64,000 nt of DNA from Polyangia bacterium (GTDB taxonomy: Bacteria; Myxococcota_A; Polyangia; JAAYKL01), in contig JBNKCR010000055.1 in NCBI GenBank assembly GCA_050287845.1, positions 96,001 to 160,000 on the forward strand. Direction: 5' to 3'. The notes under the pieces were generated by a model. It made no database searches, was not told the DNA's origin, and was given only the letters and a program-made list of their open reading frames with translations. Shown piece by piece: positions 48,250-58,200 of this stretch (position 1 is the first letter of the stretch; every line of letters begins with the position of its first letter). A program made the position numbers and the translations under genes.

Positions 48250-48858
48250 TCACTGCAACAGCTTGAGCGCGGAATCCCCGTTGCGCGACAGTCGGATGCG
48301 CTCCGCCATCAGTACCGCGCGGAGGTGCTCATAGGCTTTTTCAACGTTGTCATTCACCAGAAGATAATCAAATTCTTCGTAATGAGAAATTTCTCCGAGG
48401 GCTGCCTTGAACCGCTGTTCCAGAGACGCCGGGGTTTCGGTACCTCTGGAATTGAGACGCAGTTTCAACTCGTCAATGGAAGGCGGAAGGATGAATATGC
48501 CAATCGCATCGGGATAGTTGTTCTTGATTTGCCTGGCCCCCTGATAATCCACATCGAACAGCAAATCCACGCCCTGGGCAGCCGCGGAACGAATCTCGCC
48601 GTGGGAGGTGCCATACCGATTGCCGTGGACATGGGCCCATTCGACGAACTGTTCCTCGTCAACCATTTTATCGAACGTGTCCTTGTCGGTGAAAAAGTAA
48701 TCCTGCCCATTTGTTTCGTTGGGTCTGGGAACGCGTGTGGTGTGGGAAATGGAAAATCGAATGTCAGAGAATTCGGCAAGGAGCCGCTTGCACAGTGTGG
48801 TTTTCCCGGCGCCCGAGGGTGACGAGACAATGATTAATAACGGTTTTCGTGTGGTCAT
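48250..48858 (-). CDS. gmk: Guanylate kinase
   Basis: SSPSGAGKTT, SISHTTR, GNRYGT, DVDYQGA. Confidence 0.98.
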   Translation of the reverse strand: MTTRKPLLIIVSSPSGAGKTTLCKRLLAEFSDIRFSISHTTRVPRPNETNGQDYFFTDKDTFDKMVDEEQFVEWAHVHGNRYGTSHGEIRSAAAQGVDLLFDVDYQGARQIKNNYPDAIGIFILPPSIDELKLRLNSRGTETPASLEQRFKAALGEISHYEEFDYLLVNDNVEKAYEHLRAVLMAERIRLSRNGDSALKLLQ

Positions 48859-48872
48859 AAATACTCCGGGAA

Positions 48873-49742
48873 TTACTCGATATTCTGAATCAATTCTCTC
48901 ATTTTTTCCAGTTCACCCTTGATGGCGACCACCATGTGGGTGATTTCCGTAAGCACAGATTTTGAAGCGATGGTATTGGCTTCGCGGCTCATCTCCTGAA
49001 TCAGGAAATCCATGCGGCGTCCAATTGGCCCCCGTTCCCTGAAAACGTCCTTCATTTGTTTGGTATGGCTGAAGAGTCGATTGATTTCTTCATTAATATC
49101 GGCCTTTTCGGCGATAATTGCCGCTTCGGTTTCAATACGGACCATATCAGGAGAATGATGACTGGGCATCAGATCCTCGATTTTGCTGCGATACTTTTCA
49201 AACACCTCATTTTCGAGACGCCTGGCCTGCGTTCGGATACTCGATGTGAATTCGTTGATTTTTTCAAGGCGCGATTCCACGTCCCGTGCCATATGGGCGC
49301 CTTCCGTTTCCCGCATCCGTATCAGAATGTCAAGGGCCTCGTTGCAGGCCCGGAGGCTGGCTTCCGCCATATCGTCGGACGCTCTGGGGGGCGGTTGCAC
49401 AAACAGGTCTGGCGCCGTTGCCAGTGCGGACATGAGAGATTCGGGCTGGACCCGGGTCTGCGCCGCCACTTCTCTGAGTTGTTCCACATAACGGATAAGC
49501 CGGGTTCTGGAGATACCAATGTCGCCCAACCCCTCATAAACGAACGACAGATGAACCGTGCAATATCCCCTGGACAATCGGCTTCGAATGCATTTTTCAA
49601 GGGACGATTCCAGACTGTTCAATTCAGCGGGCACTCTGGTGCGAATTTCCAGAAATCGGTGGTTCACCGTCTTTACTTCAACGACTGCCTGGCCGCTGGC
49701 TGTACTGGCTTCGCCCCGGCCAAATCCGGTCATACTGCGCAT
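48873..49742 (-). CDS. yicC: YicC/YloC family endoribonuclease
   Basis: MRSMTGFGR, VNHRF, GRRMDFLIQEMSREANTIASK, REL IQNIE at the C-terminus; upstream of gmk. Confidence 0.95.
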   Translation of the reverse strand: MRSMTGFGRGEASTASGQAVVEVKTVNHRFLEIRTRVPAELNSLESSLEKCIRSRLSRGYCTVHLSFVYEGLGDIGISRTRLIRYVEQLREVAAQTRVQPESLMSALATAPDLFVQPPPRASDDMAEASLRACNEALDILIRMRETEGAHMARDVESRLEKINEFTSSIRTQARRLENEVFEKYRSKIEDLMPSHHSPDMVRIETEAAIIAEKADINEEINRLFSHTKQMKDVFRERGPIGRRMDFLIQEMSREANTIASKSVLTEITHMVVAIKGELEKMRELIQNIE

Positions 49743-49775
49743 GAATGAATGACTCCTGACTGTAAATTCTGAAAG

Positions 49776-50081
49776 TTACTTGAACAGAGCGTTCAGTTTG
49801 GCCTTGGCATCATCATCGGTTGAGCCTTCGTGCGCCCCGTTTTTAAACGTGAAATGACTGCAGTAGTTGGCGGACTCCCGATCAGAAATATACTCGGTGA
49901 TTCGCTCTCTGCACTGATTGTGGTAACCGGGATCCCAGTACTCACAGTTCCTGCAGCAGTGCAAATCGTGGGCACAGTGAGGACAGGTATCCGTCCGTGC
50001 CATTTTAATTCTGTCAAAATCTATTTCCTGTCCACATTTGAAACAAAAGTGATGGCGTTCTTCTATTTTTGGAATGTACAT
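49776..50081 (-). CDS. Small Cys-rich (probable Zn-binding) hypothetical protein
   Basis: CFKC, CPHC..DLHCCRNC, CRE...RESANYC, AKAKLNALFK. Start moved to ATG 50081. Confidence 0.75.
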   Translation of the reverse strand: MYIPKIEERHHFCFKCGQEIDFDRIKMARTDTCPHCAHDLHCCRNCEYWDPGYHNQCRERITEYISDRESANYCSHFTFKNGAHEGSTDDDAKAKLNALFK

Positions 50082-50181
50082 TAACAACCCCTTGATATTA
50101 ATGTTAGAATGGTTCAAATCGTCTCTGACAAGATCATTTTTTGAACCGTCGTTCTTGTCGAGGAGAATAACAGGATAATTC

Positions 50182-53100
50182 ATGGTTGCAAGCAGAGCTT
50201 TGAGAACATTGCAAATTTGTGCATCTGCACTGATGATCGCCGCTGTTGTCATTGCCTGTACGCCTCCGGCAGATGATATCCCGGTCGAAACAGGCATCGT
50301 GTCGCCGTACCGGGTATATCGGGGAACCAGTGCATTGGTGGCCTTGCAGGCACAGGGACTGAATTTTTCCCGGTGCGAGAACCTGAAGGGCGGGCCGACT
50401 GCACTCCCGTCAGCGCTGAACCGCATTTTTTCGTTTCATGATGGAGAGAGTGGTCAACGGTTGGACTCGTTGTCGGTTGCCTCTGTGGAATCCGTTGGCC
50501 CCGCGCTTGTGGAGATGACTGTCACGGTGGGGCAAAACGCTCCGGACGACGTTGTGGAGCTGCGTTTCAGATGTGATACAGATCGCATCATTCGGGCGCA
50601 GATGGATGTACGGTCATCCGCGCCCCGGTATTCCCTGGTATTTTCTCCCGATGAACTCTACGCCGGGCAGGACAGGCAGACCGTCACCGTTACCCGCGTT
50701 CTCATGGATGGGACCCCATCGGATGAACCGGATGTACCGGGTTTGCCCACCAGTGTCGTCCTGGAGAAAGACGCGCAGGTGACGGTTGGCAACATTTCCA
50801 GAAGTGATGATCCGGAATCTCTGACCATAAGTTTCGATTTAGATCCCGCGGCGCTTCCCGTGGGCGAGTTGTCCAGTCCTTTAATAGTCAACTTTGTCTA
50901 CCCCACTGATGTGTACAGTGGTGTTCTGACCATTCTACCGGATAATTCACCTTACGTCACAGCAACGCCGACCAGGCTGTATAAACCGAAAGCCGGTGAT
51001 GGGCCACTGTCGGCTTCCATATCTCTTAAGGTGGCATCTCTGTTTGCCGAGTCGGAATCGCTTGATTCGTCCCGGGTGACCGTGTCGGTCCCGGAGAATC
51101 CCGGAGTTCAGCTGGCCGATACCGGCTGCATCCAATCCGGAAGTGACCCGGACAGCATCGAATGCCCGTTCGTCGTTGATAACAGTGCCTCCCTCGGTCC
51201 CACTGCCGTGCAGGTTCAGGTGGGAGATATTACCACGTATGCCTCTGTCAGCGTACTGCCAATGGCTCTGGATGACCGCATCGTTCGATTCTGGCCGGAT
51301 CGCATCAATACCTGCAACCTTGAGAGCTGTGCTGAAAAGCTTTCTGAGAACTGCAGATGTCCAGCACAGACAGTTGTTGCCGAGATGGTGGGGCCGGATG
51401 TGAGCAGTGACTGGAGCGCTCGTCTGATAGGGGACAACGCAGAAAATGCGGAACTGGTATCGGCGCAATTGGTTGCCAATGATCATTGGATTCTTTCCGT
51501 ACGGGTGCCGCATACGGGGGAGGCATCCGGGATTGGGGTTGAATTTGTATCGGGAGACGGAGAACAGGCCATGCAGGGATGGTTGTTGCTCAGAGATATC
51601 GGTGACGTCGGCGCCGGATTTCGGGAAATTTATACCGCATCCAAAGTGGATCAAACGTTCGTAAAGCGAGGGGAAAAACCGTACAGCCAGAGATTGAAAC
51701 TCCAGGATACTTCTTTCCAAATCAAGGATGACTCGGCAACGGGGCGGGAGGCATTATCCACTACCCGCGGGGGTATCTCGCTAAGCAATCCGATATCTTT
51801 TACGAGCGGTTCGATGAAGACATCCGGTCTTTGGGGAGGGCAGGGGTTCGTCCTTGATGAATTCCAGGTGATCACCGAGGCGCCTGTCGGCCCCGCAATT
51901 CTGCGCGTCACGGGAGAATCCGCACTTGCGGACAACGACGTCTGGCTGAAAATTGTCCCGGGCGACGGAGACACCGGCGTGATTTTTCCGACACCCGACA
52001 TTATCTGGCTCAATCGCCCCACCGCGACTGTTGTGTTCACTGCGAGTGGTGATATGGCGCTGAACTCCAATACCCGGTTTCATATTGCCGACCCGGCCAT
52101 ATCGATTCAATCTGTCGCATTTGCTGAAGATTCAATTACCGGTGTGGCATCTGCCACGGTAACGTTGAAAATATCGCCGGCAGCGACGGCGGGATTGAAG
52201 ACCTTCTATCTGTCCAATGCGGATGGCAGCAAAGCCGCGGTGAATATTCGCGGGGTAAAGAAAGAGCAGTTCACTGTTCCCAGGGTAGAGCAGTCACTTG
52301 CCATTTACCGGAGCGTGGGCAAGGGACGAATCTCCATCCAGATCAAAGAATCCATGCACAATGCACCGGTTGCGTTGTCCATTCCCACCGGCATCGGCGC
52401 CACCGTTGACAGATACTCCACGCGCCACAAGTTTACGCTCAATAATAGCAACGTGGTCCTTTCTCAGTATGTTCTGGAAGTTGTTTTTTCCCTTGAAGCG
52501 AAAGGCCCGGGGGGCTGGATTGGCGTTTCAGTGAATGCGGGAGGAGAGCGATTTGTGATTCCGGTGAAAATCGTGGCCGAGACCGATAGTGGAGAAGAAG
52601 ACAACTCTCTCACGGCGACGTTGAGCAGAGAAAATATTGTTCCCGGCTCTCGCGACGTGACGGATTTGAACATTTTTATTCCCCAGTCCATGACCCGGGG
52701 AGATACACCTGTCTTTCTGGGAAGTGTGATGTCAGAGGTTCATACCCTCGATAACAATGTATACGCAAGACTGGCTGAAATCCCCACTGAAGGAGGAAAT
52801 TCTCTGCGAATGGCGGCAGACTTTGCATATACTCTGGATTTGCCGGCTGATGACCGTTATCCCGGTGTGCCCATCAGCGTGTCCGCCAGTGAGGGAGCAA
52901 TCGTCGGTTTCTGGGATATCCTGCCGGACGATTTGATACCGCAGTTTGATGATGATACATTTGAAATCGAGGCGGATTATTCAAATATTTACACTGCTTC
53001 TGAGGGCGGCAGAACCTTGATTCGCGGAAAGGTGAGCCCCCACGTGGATAACTCATGGCCCGCCTCGCTCATCCAGATCAGGGGAAGCAGAGATTGGAGC

Positions 53101-54132
53101 GAACAGTACGAAAGCGTGCCTCTGTCGCTGGTATCCATGTCTCAGATTGAGGCATTTCCGTCGATTGCAGCGGTGGAAAGTGAAGAAAAATCAATTGTCA
53201 CGGAACATTCCGCTGCCGGGTTGCTATATGGTGTTTTCAGGGAAAAGGAGCTCTTTAAAGTCAGTGCGGAATACAGCGAGCCCTACAAAATCAATCTGCT
53301 GAATATTACGCCCGGAGATACGGTGCTTTCCGGTAATGACCTGTGTCAGGTGCCATCTTTTTATGTGGATAAAATTCAGATATTCAGCGAGCACGATCGG
53401 TTTGCGCTTCCGGCTACTGCCGGAAACTGTCGTGTCGCCGCAGTTATTTCCGCCCGAACGTTAATGGATACCGCCAGATACACCCCGGATGTAACCATCT
53501 CCGCCTGCAACGGTGAATGGAATTGCGATGCCCTCCGCGTTGATGACACCGCCGATGGCGGTTCAGATCCGATAATGTATTTTAATTCAGGTGAGTATGC
53601 CGGCGTACAGGTTGAATCCAGAATGGCCAGTATTGGATTCTACACCCTGAATCTTCGTCAGCCCGAAGTCATATACCGGGTCAGTGCTGAAACCGGCAAT
53701 CAGTATATTGAGTTGCAGATGGAACCGGGGGCATCCATGGATAACTGCCTTCTTGCGCGGCTGGATCCCGAATCCACAGATGATGTTCTGTTGGTCGAGC
53801 AGGCTCTTTCCGGCGTTGTTCCCGAAGATGGCCGTGTCTTCGTTGGGAATGCGGCATTCGGGTTTGTGGATGTTGGCGATGAAAACCGGGTCACTGATAT
53901 CGGAATTGAGGATGATTTCAAGCTGCGCCTCACATGCAGCGGGCGTGTGGCGGATCGGTTCCAGGTGGGTGGTGTGTCGGTGGTGCGATATTTATCTCCC
54001 ACTGTTCTGCTCGAAGGACCCCATCTGAAACACTACAAGGCGCCATGTTACATGCGCATTGGCAATGGAATCGACACCAACCGGAACGACAGGGACATTG
54101 TGCCTTCCACAAATTGTACCGTATTGAATTAG
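50182..54132 (+). CDS. Large (1316 aa) surface lipoprotein with Ig-like beta repeats
   Basis: Lipobox VIAC, repeated beta-sandwich-like segments, C-terminal QYIEL...DTNRNDRD (lamin-tail-like). Confidence 0.7.
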   Translation: MVASRALRTLQICASALMIAAVVIACTPPADDIPVETGIVSPYRVYRGTSALVALQAQGLNFSRCENLKGGPTALPSALNRIFSFHDGESGQRLDSLSVASVESVGPALVEMTVTVGQNAPDDVVELRFRCDTDRIIRAQMDVRSSAPRYSLVFSPDELYAGQDRQTVTVTRVLMDGTPSDEPDVPGLPTSVVLEKDAQVTVGNISRSDDPESLTISFDLDPAALPVGELSSPLIVNFVYPTDVYSGVLTILPDNSPYVTATPTRLYKPKAGDGPLSASISLKVASLFAESESLDSSRVTVSVPENPGVQLADTGCIQSGSDPDSIECPFVVDNSASLGPTAVQVQVGDITTYASVSVLPMALDDRIVRFWPDRINTCNLESCAEKLSENCRCPAQTVVAEMVGPDVSSDWSARLIGDNAENAELVSAQLVANDHWILSVRVPHTGEASGIGVEFVSGDGEQAMQGWLLLRDIGDVGAGFREIYTASKVDQTFVKRGEKPYSQRLKLQDTSFQIKDDSATGREALSTTRGGISLSNPISFTSGSMKTSGLWGGQGFVLDEFQVITEAPVGPAILRVTGESALADNDVWLKIVPGDGDTGVIFPTPDIIWLNRPTATVVFTASGDMALNSNTRFHIADPAISIQSVAFAEDSITGVASATVTLKISPAATAGLKTFYLSNADGSKAAVNIRGVKKEQFTVPRVEQSLAIYRSVGKGRISIQIKESMHNAPVALSIPTGIGATVDRYSTRHKFTLNNSNVVLSQYVLEVVFSLEAKGPGGWIGVSVNAGGERFVIPVKIVAETDSGEEDNSLTATLSRENIVPGSRDVTDLNIFIPQSMTRGDTPVFLGSVMSEVHTLDNNVYARLAEIPTEGGNSLRMAADFAYTLDLPADDRYPGVPISVSASEGAIVGFWDILPDDLIPQFDDDTFEIEADYSNIYTASEGGRTLIRGKVSPHVDNSWPASLIQIRGSRDWSEQYESVPLSLVSMSQIEAFPSIAAVESEEKSIVTEHSAAGLLYGVFREKELFKVSAEYSEPYKINLLNITPGDTVLSGNDLCQVPSFYVDKIQIFSEHDRFALPATAGNCRVAAVISARTLMDTARYTPDVTISACNGEWNCDALRVDDTADGGSDPIMYFNSGEYAGVQVESRMASIGFYTLNLRQPEVIYRVSAETGNQYIELQMEPGASMDNCLLARLDPESTDDVLLVEQALSGVVPEDGRVFVGNAAFGFVDVGDENRVTDIGIEDDFKLRLTCSGRVADRFQVGGVSVVRYLSPTVLLEGPHLKHYKAPCYMRIGNGIDTNRNDRDIVPSTNCTVLN

Positions 54133-54211
54133 CCAGACAGCGTCCGGGTTCACGACAGAGATGTTGAGATGTTGAACGGGAGAGAAGGGGGGGCCTGAAT
54201 TGCAATTCGGG

Positions 54212-54724
54212 TCAGGAAAGTTTGCGGCGTTTTTTCACCTGATCCATTGCCCGTTTATATTCAATTTCCCACTCGCTGGTGCCTTCCTGCAAGTTGCGGA
54301 TTTTACGTCTGGCTTCTTCGTCAATTTCATCTTCGATTTCTGTGTGCTTGCGCAATGTTTCCCGCATGACCACTTTCAGTTCGTTGTCTGCCGCATAAAT
54401 TTCGTCCACAAACTGGCTATGCATGAACACGCCAATGATCTGATCCATGATGTAGTCCATGGCGTCTTCACCGAAGATGAAGTTTTCTTTCTTGGCCAGC
54501 TGGCGTTTGAGCTTCGGGAAGGAATTGTATGGCAATCCCTGCCGCTCACAGATATCCTTGGCAGCGTCGGTCAGCTTTCGGTCCCTACGGATATATTCCC
54601 TGAGCACCGATGCAATATCCAGCTCCACTTCATTGGGACTGTCCGTCTCAATCGATTCAGCACTCAACAGGCGCTGGGTGATTTCAGCCGCGATAATATC
54701 TACTTTTCCGGAAAACAATTTCAT
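54212..54724 (-). CDS. DUF507 family protein
   Basis: EIDEEARRKIRNLQEGTSEWEIEY-type C-terminus. Confidence 0.75.
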   Translation of the reverse strand: MKLFSGKVDIIAAEITQRLLSAESIETDSPNEVELDIASVLREYIRRDRKLTDAAKDICERQGLPYNSFPKLKRQLAKKENFIFGEDAMDYIMDQIIGVFMHSQFVDEIYAADNELKVVMRETLRKHTEIEDEIDEEARRKIRNLQEGTSEWEIEYKRAMDQVKKRRKLS

Positions 54725-54865
54725 CGTCTCGACCTTTCCAAAAGGGTCATTGTTTCATTTAACCAAATTGGGCAGCCGAGTATGGATCGCGCTTAAAGTG
54801 AAGTCAATCTGCTTTTCGAACAAAACGTCTGGCGGGTATACCATCGCCCCACCTGTGGATTCTGT

Positions 54866-55303
54866 TCATTTGTTTCTGCTCTGCGCTTCCTTCTCGTATT
54901 TGGAGGGACATTTGGTAAGGATTTCCGTGGCGTTCAGGGCATCTTTACCGGGGATGAGGGTTCCTTCCACCACCAGTTCCTTGCCTTCACGCATGGTGTC
55001 CGGCAGAATTCCGGAATACTCCACATCAATCACGGATGCGTTTTTTTTCAGCTTAAATTTGAACTGATCCGTACCGGGTTTCTGCTGAATGGACTCCGGC
55101 ACCAGCAGACCGTTGATTCTCACCGGTGATTTTTCAAATTGTGCGCGGGCGTTGAGCGCTTCTTCCACTGTTTTGTAATATATCATGCTCTCTTCAAAAC
55201 TGGATGCTGTCAGCCAGGTAATGGCGCCAGCCACGACCAGAACAGTCACTATCGCTTTGATGAGTCGTTTCTTTGTTGCGGATTGGGTGTGTTTGTCGTT
55301 CAT
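54866..55303 (-). CDS. ccmE: Cytochrome c maturation heme chaperone, CxxxY type
   Basis: N-terminal TM, YYKTVEE, VRING, YSGILPD, VVEG, LTKCPSKY. Confidence 0.92.
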   Translation of the reverse strand: MNDKHTQSATKKRLIKAIVTVLVVAGAITWLTASSFEESMIYYKTVEEALNARAQFEKSPVRINGLLVPESIQQKPGTDQFKFKLKKNASVIDVEYSGILPDTMREGKELVVEGTLIPGKDALNATEILTKCPSKYEKEAQSRNK

Positions 55304-55318
55304 CTTTTCATCGGCATT

Positions 55319-55807
55319 CTAAAAATTGGGAGAGAACGTTTTCAGCGCAGTTTCCAGCCCGGGCGCCACTGCCTTGAATTTGACAAATTCTCCTGCTATT
55401 TCTATCACAATCAACCTGTGTTTGACAACAAAAATAGTTTCCTGAAAAATCCAGTCCTCGGCGCCATGGGGCAGGGCAAAGGTTAATGTGCATCCGTCCA
55501 ATCCCTTCCGGGTTCGAAAACAGTGGGTGCCGTTATGTACATAGCCCATCTTTTCCATATGTTCGCGGGTGGCATCTTTCCAGAAACTGAGGGATGCCGC
55601 GGGATAATTATCCACTTCTCTGGCTTTCAACATGACGCCATCGGCGGTGATATACTTGAACTCCTTATTATCATTGTATCTTTTGAACTGTTCCGGCGCG
55701 TTCATGGTATACGGCACTGTACTGCAGCCCAGCAGTGACACGGTGAAAATTGCCAGCAGCGCCACATGGCAGAACGTTCTTGCGGAAAATCCGTTTTCAA
55801 TGCGCAT
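55319..55807 (-). CDS. Hypothetical lipoprotein
   Basis: Lipobox LLGC. Resembles the C-terminal domain of the 56510-57784 protein (ADGVMLK..V.N.P...FW vs ADTTVLR..V.N.P...FW). Confidence 0.75.
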   Translation of the reverse strand: MRIENGFSARTFCHVALLAIFTVSLLGCSTVPYTMNAPEQFKRYNDNKEFKYITADGVMLKAREVDNYPAASLSFWKDATREHMEKMGYVHNGTHCFRTRKGLDGCTLTFALPHGAEDWIFQETIFVVKHRLIVIEIAGEFVKFKAVAPGLETALKTFSPNF

Positions 55808-55808
55808 A

Positions 55809-56513
55809 TCAGAATTCCTCCAGAAACGTATTCAGATTGGCGTCGTTCAACCATTCAAACGGCGACGCCACGTAAAGCACTCTGTCCCGCTCATGAAAAC
55901 TGAAATGAATCACCAGCAGCGACCAGCGCGATTGTTCTTTCAAATATCGCAAACGGCCTTTCACCGACTCTATCTCGTCAACCAGTCTGGCCATGCTTCT
56001 TTCGATATCAAGAGTCGCTGCAAAATCGGCTTTGTCAAAAAATCCCCGGAGTTTGGCCAGAATTTCCTGTTGGCTGATGAGTTTTCCTTCCAACTGAGCA
56101 ATCTCCAGGGTCAAATCCTGCCGTTCGATGGTTTTTTGAATCACAATGCCCTGTTTCGAAAACAGCGCCATTGCTTCGGCCATTTTCGCTGGCGGGATTT
56201 TAAGCGTTATCGATGTATCATTGAGATGGGTTGCATACCCACCGAGAGTAGTTGCGGATTTTTTGATTGCATTGCGGGCAATGTCCACATTAATCACTTT
56301 GAGAACCATCGTTGTTTGTACTGACTCCAGACGCGCTTCGGGCGTGGGGGCAACAGGGCCGGGCGCCGACGTGGCAGACTCAGATTCAGTTGCTTCGACG
56401 ACTCGTGCAGCCGCGTCGTTGTCATCGGTGGATGCATTGGAGGTCTGGGCGAGTATGATGGGGGAAATAAAAATCGCCACAATGGCAACGAATATTGGGA
56501 TAGTGAATTTCAC
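55809..56513 (-). CDS. DUF4349 domain protein
   Basis: Signal peptide, GGY, LKIP, DLT, EIESVKGRLRYL. Confidence 0.85.
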   Translation of the reverse strand: MKFTIPIFVAIVAIFISPIILAQTSNASTDDNDAAARVVEATESESATSAPGPVAPTPEARLESVQTTMVLKVINVDIARNAIKKSATTLGGYATHLNDTSITLKIPPAKMAEAMALFSKQGIVIQKTIERQDLTLEIAQLEGKLISQQEILAKLRGFFDKADFAATLDIERSMARLVDEIESVKGRLRYLKEQSRWSLLVIHFSFHERDRVLYVASPFEWLNDANLNTFLEEF

Positions 56514-57784
56514 CTGGTCACCTCAAATGTTGCAAGGGCATTCAGGAGTTTTTCCTGATGCCGTTCATACGCGGCTTCGTTGGGAAAAAAGACTTCAAGT
56601 ACAAATAGTTCATCTTCCACAACACAGACACCGGTGAGATATAACCGGGGTTGCAACGAGGTATCCCTGAAAATCTGCCACGTCACTTTTCCTTTCTGTC
56701 CGTGGGTGACCAACGTTTCCCCCCGTCCCTTCATCTCATATGCGATGCTGTCCGACCAGAACCGGTTGTTGCCAGCGGGGTCATTGGCAACCACGCCGCC
56801 TCGAAGGACAGTGGTATCCGCCGCCTGCGCCCGATAATCGGCTGCTTCTGAAAAGAACACAAAATCATCCGGCAGGGTCATCTGAACTCTGCCCATCGCA
56901 CCGGTGAGGGTAGCGCGGTGAGCAGACAATTCTCTGATCCACGGGAAGGGAGACTGATGCCGAACCGTGGTTTCGTCCTGCAAAATGGGGGTTAAATCGA
57001 TGGTTATCGTAAAATAATCGAGGAGGTTCTGCAATGTGGCCAGTGTTGAAGTGATGGATTCAATCTGTTCCGAGAGCCGTTTGATCTCTTCGAGCACCTG
57101 CAGCCGCTCCCGGGGTTCGGTGATTCTGTTGAGCAGGGCCAGCAATCGCTCTCTCGTGTCTCTGGCCACTGCCAATCTCGAGTTGAGGTCGGTAAACTGC
57201 TCGGTCACTTCCACCGCCGAAATCTCGCGCGACAGCACGTCGCCCAATTGGCTGAACGTATCCATCATTGCTTCAAAATTCTTTCCCGGAATGCGGATCA
57301 CCATGGCGCGCTCCGTCATTGAATCCACATAACCGCCGTTTTCCCGGACGATTCGGGAGATTTCGTCCTGGGCTGCCAGCAGGCGCTTTACCCGCAGATG
57401 CAGATATCCGTCGTATACAATCAACGGCTCTTCCGGTGTCTGGAGCGACGTTCCGTTTGCAGAAGCTGCGGCGTGGGGTTCCGACTTGGTAATCGGTTCA
57501 AAACCTGAACCGCGTTGAGCTGCACTGGATACCGCATCGCCACTGTAAGGTTCCGGGGTGGCCGGCATCATATCCATATCCGCCATTATTTCATTTTCAG
57601 CCGTTCCACCGTAGTCCTCGGCCATACGCTCTTTTGACATTTCCGGTGGGGCTGCCGATGAATGCATCACCGTCTGCTGAGTGGCGTAGGCGTCGTCTGC
57701 CTCCGCAGCATCCCGTCCGGCGTGATTTGCCCCGCAAGATAGACATAACATCGCGGTAATCCCCAGAATCAAGCATATTCTCAT
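56510..57784 (-). CDS. DUF4349 domain lipoprotein
   Basis: Lipobox CLSC, LIVYDG, GGYV, IRIP, EVTEQFTDL. Start moved to ATG 57784. Confidence 0.85.
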   Translation of the reverse strand: MRICLILGITAMLCLSCGANHAGRDAAEADDAYATQQTVMHSSAAPPEMSKERMAEDYGGTAENEIMADMDMMPATPEPYSGDAVSSAAQRGSGFEPITKSEPHAAASANGTSLQTPEEPLIVYDGYLHLRVKRLLAAQDEISRIVRENGGYVDSMTERAMVIRIPGKNFEAMMDTFSQLGDVLSREISAVEVTEQFTDLNSRLAVARDTRERLLALLNRITEPRERLQVLEEIKRLSEQIESITSTLATLQNLLDYFTITIDLTPILQDETTVRHQSPFPWIRELSAHRATLTGAMGRVQMTLPDDFVFFSEAADYRAQAADTTVLRGGVVANDPAGNNRFWSDSIAYEMKGRGETLVTHGQKGKVTWQIFRDTSLQPRLYLTGVCVVEDELFVLEVFFPNEAAYERHQEKLLNALATFEVTR

Positions 57785-57876
57785 ATCATTTCTCCCATTG
57801 GCACAATCGTGAGTTCTGTTATTACCGCCATTTGACGCGCTTACCATCAAAAAAGATCCTATTATTCCGGGGCTCG

Positions 57877-58116
57877 TCAGATATTCTCAACGCTCTTCAG
57901 CATTTCCGGCACAAAGTGTCCCCGTACCTTCACCAGACTCGGGGTATCATCCAGCTTGCGCACCGGAATGGTGGCGCCATCCGGTTGCAGCAGGTCCCCT
58001 TCCACGATGTCGTCATCGAATCGGTATTCCGTGACATCGCTGTCGGTCTGAGCGATCACCGTTGCAGAAATGAGAATTGCACAAATCATTGCCATCGCTG
58101 TGTTGAACGTTTTCAT
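57877..58116 (-). CDS. CglF/GltF-like small secreted protein
   Basis: Signal peptide, then YRFDDDIVEGDLLQPDG...SLVKVRGHFVPEMLKSVENI. AAAGGA RBS. Confidence 0.8.
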   Translation of the reverse strand: MKTFNTAMAMICAILISATVIAQTDSDVTEYRFDDDIVEGDLLQPDGATIPVRKLDDTPSLVKVRGHFVPEMLKSVENI

Positions 58117-58200
58117 GGGGGTTTCCTTTCGGTTGAATTGTTCTGATGACTTTGTCGTGAGAGGAGGGATAAAGGTTTTAAATTTTTTTAAGAGAGCGTT

